A DNA stretch of 64,000 bases from Bugula neritina (Eukaryota > Animalia > Bryozoa). The notes under the pieces are model-generated. The model was not told the DNA's origin and did no database searches. It worked only from the letters and a program-made list of their open reading frames with translations. A program made the position numbers and the translations under genes. This document shows positions 1-11,900 of this stretch, piece by piece (positions within the stretch are counted from its first letter, which is position 1; each line of letters opens with the position of its first letter). Location: NCBI GenBank assembly GCA_964035545.1, contig OZ037766.1:5508722-5572721 (forward strand). The letters run 5' to 3'.

Positions 1-92
1 TCATGTTTATAAACTATTTGTAGACAAAAAGAGATGTCATAGTAATTTGCTTTGAGTGTTGGGTTTGTTTATTTATTTCAACATAAATAAAG

Positions 93-3000
93 GATATGTG
101 AACAAAAATCACAGAGAGAAGTAAGTGGCGCAACAGCCATGCAGTATTTGACAGCATGTGTCGGTAATTGACAGCAATACTATGTATGAGCAAAGTATAA
201 ACTGTCAGTTAGTGTTGCATCAGTCATCATAACAACACTGCACTTAGTATATTATCAAAGTTTTAAACTACAATGTGAAAAACTTTGAATACTTTTAGGA
301 ATTTGACTGTGACGAATATGCTAAATTTCGAGATGAAACTTTAAAAAAAGAAATTGCTTATCAAGAGCGAATTGCGGCGATAGAAGAACAGGAAAGACTT
401 CGTGCAAAGGAACAGATGCCAGTCAGGAAATCTGAAAACACTAATGAATTGCCATTCAAATTACCATCTGGCAAATATTCAAAGCTGAAAGTAGATTTGG
501 GTGACAATCAAGAAAAGAGAGACAATGAGATCAATACTAAGACCTATTTGCTAGGCTACAGGTAAATCATGATACTTTTAATATAGCGAGGCTTCATGTA
601 TGCAACTAAAGCTGAGGTACTACATGGGTGCATAATTCTAAATTACAGCCAAATTCTGTCACAGTGACACAGTAATTGCATTGGTTTGCATTGTTGGCAC
701 GTGTAAACCACAGTCATTGTTGAATGTATTGCTATTGGAACTAAGATGTGAACATATGCAAACTCAAACAGCATGTACATTAGTGTGTTATCTTGACTAC
801 TGTGAAATATGACCTAGATACATTACAGTTGTCATGGTTACCACTTCCCCTGAAGAACACATGTCTTGAGCCAAGACTTTATGATAAAATTTTGCCCCCA
901 CTGGGATTCGAACCTGAGACCTCTGGCTTGCAAGCAAATGTGCTAACCATTACACCACGGGGACCACTAGATAATCACAACACTACATCTCACCTAGTTC
1001 TCTGAATCCCACTTGTCTCTCTATTACCCCTTCAGTCTTCAGGCTCCCCTGGCCTCTCAACTCTCTCAGAGTACTACTACGTTTCACTAAAGACCGAAAT
1101 AGCTTATGAAAAAAATTTTGCCCCCCCCCCCGCTGGGATTCTGGGATTGGAACCCGAGACCTCCGGCTTTCAAGCAAGTGTGCGAACGAGGACTACTAGG
1201 TAACCGCTACACTACAGACTTAATAGCTTGATTTGTGTTGTAGGAATGAGCTAGAGGTTAATGAACCACCCCAGCAACAGGTATTGTACTTAGCGTTTTT
1301 TGTGACTAATTTATTAATCTAATTGAACTTTGGGTACGTATTTTGAAAAGAATAAATGTTCAACTTTTTAAGGTTATAAATGCAACAAATTTGTAAAATA
1401 TTTTTCAAATCTCAAATGATAATTTAGTTAATGAAATAATTTATTTTCCATTTTTATTGCACAACTCCCAAGAATACTTCATGTTCTAATTACAGGAGTC
1501 GTGTTCTTTCAAGCCCTTGGTAACCGAGTATGTGAATCCAGACACTAGTAGTACAGGAGCTGTAAACAGGCAGGTTAACCATAAACTAACTGCAGATATG
1601 GATTGTGATGATTATAATGATGACGATGATGTCATCATGGGTGGAGACACAGGCTATCCCTCAATTGTGGGAAATTCCAGGTTGGTGAACACCTCGCTTG
1701 TTAAAGCGTGTATTGTATGTTTATATACATGCACATGTTAATGTTTATGTATTCTGTGTTGATCTTTATTCTAAACAGAAGTATCTTTTATACTGGAATT
1801 TAATCAATAAATAAGGAAGCCATGTTAGGAGAGAATGTCTACTTGCTGTAATATAAACTAGTGTTACTATTAACCTGTCACAGGTTTGAAACTCTATGCT
1901 ATTGCATGGCTTTTTCATTTTTTAAATTGTATGAGTTTTAAACCACTTTCCTTGCCCAGTATATACAATCATGGTCTGGCATATCTGTTTGTTATGTGTA
2001 GCTCCCCACCAGCGTCTTTGATGTACAATTCACTTACCAGCATGAGTTCGTTTGGCGAGTCACAGTACAATAGTCAAGACAGATTCCAAAGTATTCTTAG
2101 CGACAGCACGTCAATGATGTCTACTATAAATGACTATGAGGAATCATTGGATACGATGACTCCTGAATACTATCCTGAAGAGGTGAGTGTCAACATGTAC
2201 ATGTGTCTGTGTGTATTGTTGTAGTATACTATACATATATATCTGTTATATCAGAATAGTATGTGTTTTATCATGTATGATATGCTACACTATGAGGCTT
2301 ACTTTACACTATATATTATACAGCTGTGGTCTGCTAAAATGTCGTATTTGTGCTCATCATAGGCTCTGGCACATTTTGCACTATTATACTTACCAAAAGT
2401 TTCTGCCACCAGCACCCAAATCATTAGAAAGGTTGAGGCCTGAATCTACTTATTATACAACTATGTGTACCTGACATGTATAACTTCATTATAATATATG
2501 TGTTGTGATTGTCATACCAATACATTATGTATGGTTATTGAATACTTTTTGGGCAGATTTGTCATATTTTACCCTGCAGAATATTTTACAGTGTAACAAT
2601 AACTGTCGGTTCGAATTAAATCTGATCAAACTGTTCAATACTACAAAATAGTGCTGATGGCAAGAATTAGGTACCTACACTCATGGTCCGTTGAGTTTTC
2701 AAGTAGAAAAAGTAAAGTTAGCTTGTATTGCTCTGAAAACTCATCTCAATACTTCTATTCTTTTAAATTTTTAGCAACCTTCTACGATGTCTCCTTCAGA
2801 ATTTGCAGATAGATTTTCTGCAGAAGATTACTCTTTGGCTGGGAGTGTAGCTGCAGAGCGTATGAATGAAGATGGAAAGGAATGGGCTGGTCCCATGTCT
2901 TTGCGACATCCTGTAGGGCCAGAGGCTACAATTGACAATCAGTAAGTGATTAAAATAGCTCAGCTTTATTGCAACTTTTAGATTCATTTTTATACAGTTA

Positions 3001-4786
3001 CTGTTTTAACAGGCTGTAAAATTTGTATAATTGATTAACAAATATTTACCACATTGGAGTAAGGAGAGAATATATACATGTCTGAAAATTATTTGAATAT
3101 AGAAAATATGTCTTGCATGAGTCACAGTATTTATAGCTGTAATAACCATTTTGTAATTATGTTTCTTATTGGAGCTCATCGTACTATATACTTGTAACTG
3201 ACACCGCATTCCTTACTGATGACTCACCATGTTTCAGTATTCCGGAAAGTCTGCATGCCATGTCCCTGAGGGAAACTGGCCCTGAGGTCAGGGACGAGCT
3301 AGCTGACTGCCAGTATTGTGGAGAGAATGTTGAGCTTCGATTGCTAGACAATCATGAGGTGAGATTAGATCTCTGTTCTGGTAGTGTACTGTAAGGTAGG
3401 CTGAATTTGGTGTACAATTGTGCAAGCTATGCTGTTTGTGGAAGTTTGTACACAGGTTAATATAGCATTCTTCTGTTGTTTCACATATGCCAGCCTATTT
3501 TATATATATGTAAAAATTAGAATTTTTGTTGAATATTTCATCAGAATATCAGTAATTTATATGAAACTGGGTTGGCAGCAGGGAAGTTCTTTTAAAACGA
3601 TTCATACAATTATTTGTTATTAAAGTTATTCCTAAAATTATGTTATATTATAGTATTAATATCATTCATAAAATTTTAAAAATTATCAGCTATTGAAATG
3701 ATTCACAACATATTAAAAAGACTGCTTCTCAGTCCAGATGTGGGTTTGATTCCCAGCAATGTTGGTTTTGGTAAAAAATTCTGTAATGCATTTTCATCAG
3801 CTATCCACGTCTACCTCTGTTGTAAAGTATGTTGAAGAAAGACTATAATATTATCATGATTAGTCTTAGACTATTGTGGTATCCTACAACTATAAAAAAT
3901 TCCATAGGAAATTTGCAGTGAGTGCGTAGATTCTAAATCATCATCTATTGGACAGAGTTTTTCTCAATATATTCCAACACCTTAGAATATATCTACAATC
4001 TTTTATTTAGTGTATGTTAAGGGTGTAAATGTCTTGATGTATTAATTTAGTTGTTAACATTTACAATGTATATTGCAATAGGAGAAATGTGCAGCTAAAA
4101 ATGAAGGTCAAAGCAAAGAAGATTTTCAGCATTATTCTGCTGCTAACGCTAAGGCAAATGCTAAAACCAAAGTTGTAAAGGAAAATTATTCTAGATTTAA
4201 AATTAGCTCAGGCAACTCTGAAAAACATAAAGCTGGTGCATCTCAAAGAAGCCGCAGGCCTGTTAATAAAGATAAGAGGTATAGAGCATTGGTGTGTGCA
4301 TGCAGTAAGAGAGATCTAATGGATTATACTATGTACTCACATTTTATTCATAGTTGTACTAATTTATATCTTCATTGTAGATATAGCTGATTTATTAATA
4401 GTGCTAGTAAAAATATATAGTCCTCCTTCAGCCATTCGCTACAATAGTGAATATTAACAATATAATTATTATTATGATCAAGTGAAAAGTGAAAGGTTGT
4501 AGGGAAAAAAATGAAAATGAAAATCTAAATGTTCGAAAAGTGTTACCTTTTTTAAAACCTGATGGTTTATTCGGCATTTGCTTGTATATTATACAAATAT
4601 AAAAGATATCATTATTTTGAATTTTGTAAGATTTCTGCATTTTACCCAAAATTATGCATCTTTTACAATGTGTTAAATTAAAATACTTGGATGCTGTGGT
4701 ATGCTTCTATAAATAATTTTTGCAACTTGTATATTATCTGTAGACGAATGGATACTGAAGATAAACCTCGATTCCCACACCAATAG
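93..4786 (+). CDS. 3' part of a TRAF-type/C2HC zinc-finger protein (XAF1/TRAFD1-like); 5' end lies outside the window
   Basis: Phase-consistent GT-AG exons ~93-120, 299-561, 1244-1280, 1496-1680, 2002-2182, 2775-2941, 3238-3358, 4082-4278, 4744-4786 (TAG). The spliced product contains CQYCGENVELRLLDNHE|EKC (C-x2-C-x11-H-x3-C). The family call rests on this one finger. Confidence 0.6.
893..964 (-). mobile_element. tRNA-derived element (SINE head or pseudo-tRNA; nominal anticodon GCA)
   Basis: Minus strand GTCCCCG TG GTGT AATGGTTA GCAC A TTTGC TTGCAAG CCAGA GGTC TCAGG TTCGAAT CCCAG TGGGGGC A. A and B boxes, acceptor stem and D stem are good; the T stem (TCAGG/CCCAG) and last anticodon-stem pair are mismatched. 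Intronic. Confidence 0.7.
1120..1193 (-). mobile_element. second, degenerate copy of the tRNA-derived element
   Basis: gcacacttgcttgaaagccggaggtctcgggttccaatcccag aligns to 893-964, with the D arm partly deleted and a small internal duplication. Confidence 0.65.
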
Positions 4787-5954
4787 AAGCTTATCATTTG
4801 TGATACAGATCAGCTTGTCTTATCAACTTCTTGAATTAGCACCACATCATTATATTTGGTTTTATAATAGCATACATGTGGGTATTTATTATGATTATAT
4901 TCTCATATTGCATGTTGTTTTTCCACTTTATATTGGAAAATTGTTATTTAACCCTACACTTCCATGTTTGCTTGTTTGATCAATACATATTTTAGTTCTA
5001 TTTTTTCTACTATGATTGCCTATAATTTTCCAGACTAAATTTTACTGATTTTCATATATATTTTTAATGCGTCTTGATATTCCATTTAATGGTTACGATA
5101 ACATATTGTTAGCAAAACATACTTGTGTAACTTGAGTGCTGTATTGCATTTATACAATATACGCAGTTACATAAAACTAGGTGTGTTTAGTTTTATATTG
5201 TTTAAATAAAGGGTATTATCAATATTAAATATAACTGGCTGAAAATTGCAAATTGAGAACTTAAACATATGGGTTAATAAAATACATAGTTGCCAGAATA
5301 TAGGAAACATGTTTTGATCTTGCTTTGAATATAACTTGCTACGAAGAATAAGAAAATAATTATTTTGTAGCAAAAAAGATAATAATAGTAATAATACACC
5401 ATGTTAGTACTGCTTCAAGAATATTGACTCTGAAATGCATTGCATTAAAATATACTAAAATATATGACAATAAAATGAAACAGAGGATAAATTATTCACA
5501 AATTAAGTAATGATGCAATAGCAGAAAATCATTGTGCATATAAAAGTAGTCAACAGCCAAAATATTTTGATATTTTTGAAATTTAGAATACTGAGTAAAA
5601 AACTATGTTGTTTGATTTACAAAATCATCAGTCTATGGAATGCTAAGTAAAGTTTTCATGAAACCTTGCATCAGGTCAAATTATACAAAATTTATTAAAA
5701 TGGCTGCCAAATTAATGAAGAGCATTTTACTCTTCAAAAAATGTATAGAAAATTAAGTACACCCTAAAGAAATAATAAGTATAATATAAATTTTAAATGA
5801 GATCGATATATTACAACATTAGGATATGTGGGGACAACTTACAGGCTTTGTGGGGCAAATATATGAAGTATGTATGCACTTGGATATATGTATACGAAAG
5901 GAGAAATTGTGATCTGAACATGACACCTAAGTATTTAAGAACAGTAGTAGTCCA

Positions 5955-8900
5955 CTAAAGTCTGGTATTCTCTGAAAACTGAGTGGTGAGGGTATCAATA
6001 GGTAGCCCCGTCTCTTCATCCATATGCATGTGACTGTTGGAACCCGAGCTAACACCTGTTTCAGGATCAACCTCCATGTTGATCAGACCCTGCTGCTCCG
6101 GAGATGGGACCGAGTGCATTTCAGTCAACTCTTTGTTGAGAAAGTTAAAAAGTCGAGCTAGGTTATTTACCTTAGCCCTCTGCGCCAATGTAGAGCGAGG
6201 ATGAAAACATTCCATCATAGCGCAAAGTTCGTTGGCTGGAGAGCAGATCTCGTACTGAAAATCAAACAGATGCCGTATTGAATAACAATACAAGGCTACA
6301 GTTAGGAGAAATCATAGCATACACTTGCATGCCAACTGTAACAAAACATGTTTATTAACTTGCTAGCTGATTACAAGTCTTTTATCATAGTTGATCGAAT
6401 TTACATCCTTGCAGTCCATAAATGCTTTAGTCAAATACACTTGAAAACCGGTTTCAACAACCAACAGTAAGACGTTTCTGGCAATTTGTTTATTACCAGA
6501 CTCTAAGCATGCTTGCTTATGATAACATCAGAAATAGCAGTTCCAGCACACTCTGACGCACAGGGTGGTGCATTGGACATGTTCAAGTAATACAACCAGG
6601 GTGTGCATCATAGACTTTTATAAAGTCCTTAATAACATCAGATGGTCATTAAACACTAGCAGCAGTCTATGGTCTAGTAGCATTGTCAACACACTATAGT
6701 AGATAACATGTAGAGTAAACACTGTTGCACCAGCTCACTAGCAAATGTTACACATCCCCACTACCATCACTCTATACAGTATCAGGCTAGTACCTGTTTA
6801 GTGAGGGTGGCGTCACATCCGCACTCTATTAGAAACAAGGCTACGTCTTCCAGCTTCGCATCGATGACGTCAAACAGGATGCTGTTGCCGAGAGAGGATA
6901 TGGAACCATACGGTACCAAGTATTCAGTCAGTTGCCGCACTTCAGCTAAGTTACCATTCTGCAAGCAATGTGAAACCATAACAATGGCTGCCAGAGATTG
7001 TCGTACATGTTTATAGTGATTAGAGTGGAGTACAGTGACTGAGTATAGTGACTAGAGTAGAGTACAGTGACTAGAGTATAGTCACAGTGACTGTGTGTAA
7101 TAACTAGAGTATTGTTACAGTGACTGTATAGTAAGCAGAGTATAGTTACAGTGACTAGAGTATAGTTACAATGACTGTATAGTAAGTAGAGTACAGTTAC
7201 AGTGACTGTGTGTAGTGACTAGAGTATAGTTACAATGACTGCATAGTAAGTAGAGTATAGTTACAATGACTGTATAGTAAGTAGAGTATAGTTACAATGA
7301 CTGCATAGTAAGTAGAATATAGTTACAGTGACTGTGCAGTAAGTATAGTATAGTTACAGTGACTGAGTATAGTAACTAGAGGATAGTTACAGTGACTGTA
7401 TAGTGACTAGAGTATAGTCACAGTGACTGTGTGTAATAACTAGAGTATTGTTACAGTGACTGTATAGTAAGCAGAGTATAGTTACAGTGACTAGAGTATA
7501 GTTACAATGACTGTATAGTAAGTAGAGTACAGTTACAGTGACTGTGTGTAGTGACTAGAGTATAGTTACAATGACTGCATAGTAAGTAGAGTATAGTTAC
7601 AATGACTGTATAGTAAGTAGAGTATAGTTACAATGACTGCATAGTAAGTAGAATATAGTTACAGTGACTGTGCAGTAAGTATAGTATAGTTACAGTGACT
7701 GAGTATAGTAACTAGAGTATAGTTACAGTGACTGTATAGTGACTAGAGTATAGTTACACTACTATGCTATGTATACCACACTGACCATACAAGCCTGAGT
7801 GAAACGCTGCTGGAAGACTTCGCTGTCGGGCAGCACAGACAAGGCTCCAGACATCAAGAAATTGAAAACAAACTGATACATTTCCTCTGATATGATATGC
7901 TTCTGGTAGAAATAAGCTGACATGCCTTTCTATAATAGACAAGTAAGTTTCATTATATGACAGAATGGATACAGTGTATGACTAATACAAACTATACAGA
8001 GTAGCATATAAGCTAACATTACAATAAACATTATATTATTATATACACATTAACTGTACTAAGCTGTATTATACAACGCTATAGTAGTTGCGCAATAATT
8101 CTTCTAGTTGATTGATGTGTACAAGTACAGGACTTTAATGGCATAGACTATAGTCTGCTATAAAGATGGCTTCTTATCACCTAGTAGAGACCTATTTAAA
8201 TGACAATGCAATAAAATATACTATGACGTACACACTTACAGTACATACTATGACGTACACACTTACAGTACATACTATGACGTACACACTTACAGTACAT
8301 ACTATGACGTACACACTTACAGTACATATGATGTACACACTTACAGTACATATGATGTACACACTTACAGTACATACTATGACGTACACACTTACAGTAC
8401 ACACTATGACGTACACACTTACAGCACATATTATGAGGTACACACTTACAGCACATACTATGACGTACACACTTACAGTACAACACCAGTCCACGGAGGC
8501 CCCGGCAGCTTGTAGCCACTGAGCAGGCTCCTTATCCTCATCAAAGATAATGAATGCATAGTGAAGACAGGTCAGCATATTCTATAAGGGAACACATTAA
8601 CATGTCGTATCTGATACAGTAAAGGAACTCACTAAAATATGAAATCTAGTATGTCGAGACGTAAGAAGGTGTAACATACTATACAAAAACACATAGTATA
8701 TGTGTATATAAACAATTTCTGGTACAGAAACATGACACATTAAAGTGTAAAATGAACAACAATCTCTCACAACTATACATAGTGAGTCAGTAGTGTAATT
8801 ACGTGCTAAATTACTATCAGTTTACTACTAGGCTTATTTATTATTCTATAAATAACCTACAAATTCCTTGCAACTTTCATTTGAAATATGACCCAACGCC

Positions 8901-11900
8901 ATATGGAGGGCAATATTTTCATCCCCATACATTTGAGAAATTTTTGTAGAAGAAAAGACTTCAAAATAGATCAAGTTTTTATTTAAAACACGATATATTT
9001 TACTATGGTTTGTCACTAGAGCCATGCAAAATTACAACAGCTTGGTTTATAAGAAACAAATAGAGAGTGTATATATTATATTACGTTGTCAAAATATTCC
9101 ACAAGTTTAGGGTGTTTCTTCGCTATCAGTCTTACAGCTTCCTTGTTCTTGTTTAGTATAGCTATGAGAAGTATACTCCGACCACACCTGCGTAAACACA
9201 ATGTACCTGCGTAAACACAATGTACCTGCGTAAACATACCTGCTGCCTGCTAGCTACTTGGTCTAAGTATATACGACTAGCCACTCCCACTATTAATTAC
9301 TTGATCTTAGTATATACTACTAGTTACTGGCACTCCCTACTGGTAAAAGATGACTTGTAATGGAAAAGATTAGTTTTTTGAGTAACTTGGAGTTTCGATT
9401 TGCTTTTTATCTCACACGTGTCTACTAGATTCAGCATCGTGTAGCCACACTTGAATAAAAACAAAAGCTATAACAATTTTGTAAACGTGAGCCTTTTAAA
9501 TGCAGCACTCAAGTTATGTTACAAGATGCCAACAAATTTTGTCTAAATTTAGTATTAAATGCTATTAACTGCTGCTTGAAAAATTGCATACACCACCAAC
9601 TGCAAATATGTACAATCACTCATGCATCTCATAGAACAGTAACTCATTCTGAAGACATAAGTTAGATGAAGAAGCTTCCTCAAATACGTCTACGGTGTTT
9701 ACACAACCACTTCCCTAACTCAGAATACTTAGTTACGCAATAACCAACATATGTCTAAACCCACGGAAATAATCCCAATGTATTTCATCACACATATCAG
9801 CTACAACCAGCTCGGTGGGTCACCTGTTTCGAGAATATATCACTTTCTTCAGATCTTTATTGTTGAGGAATTTTTTCAGCTGTACCAAATCATTTCTATA
9901 CATGCAGTTCCAAAGGCTCAGCATCTGTGACTGTAGGAGGTAGAAAACAAGAAAGTGTCAATTTAATATTCTTTATACTGTTTCAAACCTCATTTATGTG
10001 TTTAACTGGAATAATCAATTATTTCTGAAGAGCACAAGATTTTTGTGAGTGACCGTTTTCATAGATATGAAGTAATGGTAAGAGCTGCAACTCAAAAACA
10101 CAACTGAGAACGGATTAAAGGCTAAAATAAAAATCCTGCGCTAAAAGCACTTTGTTGATCATCAAATATGCACGCAGCGCACACACACGCACACATATAA
10201 TACCAAATAGCATATCTGAGAGACATACCTGCATCTCTGGTATAGTCTGTAGAAACTTGACCACTTTAGAGGGCAGTTCTTTGCTCTCCGCCAGCATAAC
10301 CAGAGTTCTACCGTCCCCTGCCTTCACGTCGTTGACGTCGTACATCTGTAAGACCCAGTGCTCCAGTCTCTTCACGTCACCCTGCTTAGCTGCTTCTATC
10401 ACAAAATCATCCATCACCTGAAGGCACCATCACACCATGTATATACACCAGTATAACAGTATATACACCACGTATAACAGTATATACATCCGTACATACA
10501 TCAGTATATACATCAGTATAACAGTATTATACATCAGTATAACAGTATATACATCCGTACATACATCAGTATATACATCAGTATAACAGTATATACATCA
10601 GTATATACATCAGTATATACATCGGTATAACAGTATATACATCAGTATAACAGTATATACATCAGTATAACAGTATATACATCAGTATAACAGTATATAC
10701 ACCAGTATAACAGTATATACATCAGTATAACAGTATTATACTGATCTATATACTGTTATACTGATAAATCATTATCAAATACTTTACACAAGTTAAATCA
10801 CCCATGAAGTTGACTGAAACATCGGCTTTGCTAAGAAGTTTATAGTGTGGCAAAAAAGTGTAAATAATTAAATACTTATTAATATGCTTTGGCGTCCTTA
10901 TAAAATAGTTCATATAACATGATACAGCTTATTAGGGCATTTCTCTTAGACTAGTAGGCTATTCGTACATAGTGAATTGCGTCTACATGGGTTAGAGTGT
11001 GTGTTACTAGTAGTCTAGTTTAAATAGAGTAGCTCGTGATCTCTAAGACAAGGCTAATAGGGTTGAAGCAGGTAATACAGTGAAGAGATACCTGTCATAC
11101 ACATATCAGGTAACGTACACAGAGATGTGATACAGAAATCAAGGTTATACCTGAACGAGTTCGCGTCTATTGTTTTTCAAGGCCAGCTCTCTGGCAGTAA
11201 GGGCGTTTCTGTCACGTTCCTCAATTGGCACGTCTAGTGTGAGAAGTTTAGCTACAAACTGCGCCGGTAGGTTATACTTGACACTCTCGTGGAGGAATGT
11301 GGTAGAGTGTTCGGTCTTACATCTCAGATCTCCATCTTGGAGTATGCGGAGTAGAACGTTGACATCGGTGACTCTGGGGGTGCCAAGTATAGTCTGAAAT
11401 AAATACGTACAATACACAACACAGCTAATGTGGCTTGTGACATGCTCACATATACGTGGTATATTCTCCAACTATATCGCCTTACTGCCTAGTCTGTAGA
11501 GTAGCACAAAGTGATTATACAGCAACTAAATACAGCAGAAAACACAAAAGAATATAGCCTTTAGTCCACACTACACAGTGCAGACCATGCAGCGTATATC
11601 TTAGTGTAAACAGGGCACCCTCACAACTTGCAGCTCCTATTTTACACACACTCTCAGGCTAACCTGGTAGAAAAGTGGTTTAGCTGGGTTTGTTTCTGGC
11701 TGATTGCTGTACGAGTTGCAAACATCGGCATCCAGCAGCAGCAGCTGGTCTATGACATCATAGTTAGACTGCTCCCACGCTGCCGCTACTAGTGGCTGAG
11801 GCACCAGTTCACTGTCGAGGGAGAGTTGATATGAGTGGTCCAGTGTGTCTACATCCACTCTTTTCTTACCTGTGGAAACAAAGGCATATGTGACACCAAT

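Noticed and set aside
893-964. Functional tRNA-Cys(GCA) gene
   Set aside because: The T stem and anticodon stem are mismatched and a decayed twin is adjacent, so it is treated as a tRNA-derived repeat.
3715-3830. Third SINE-like remnant (ggtttgattccc B-box)
   Set aside because: Too degenerate and no second copy in the window.
6320-6600. Extra ankyrin-gene exon with a GC donor
   Set aside because: The flanking exons already join in phase (LTKQ|YEICS) and the candidate frames contain stops.
8166-8522. Repetitive ORFs (MTYTLTVH)n and (MYCKCVRH)n, metallothionein-like in appearance
   Set aside because: Translations of a minisatellite in other frames. The same applies to the ORFs at 12522, 22461, 23121, 28067, 45828 and 51879.
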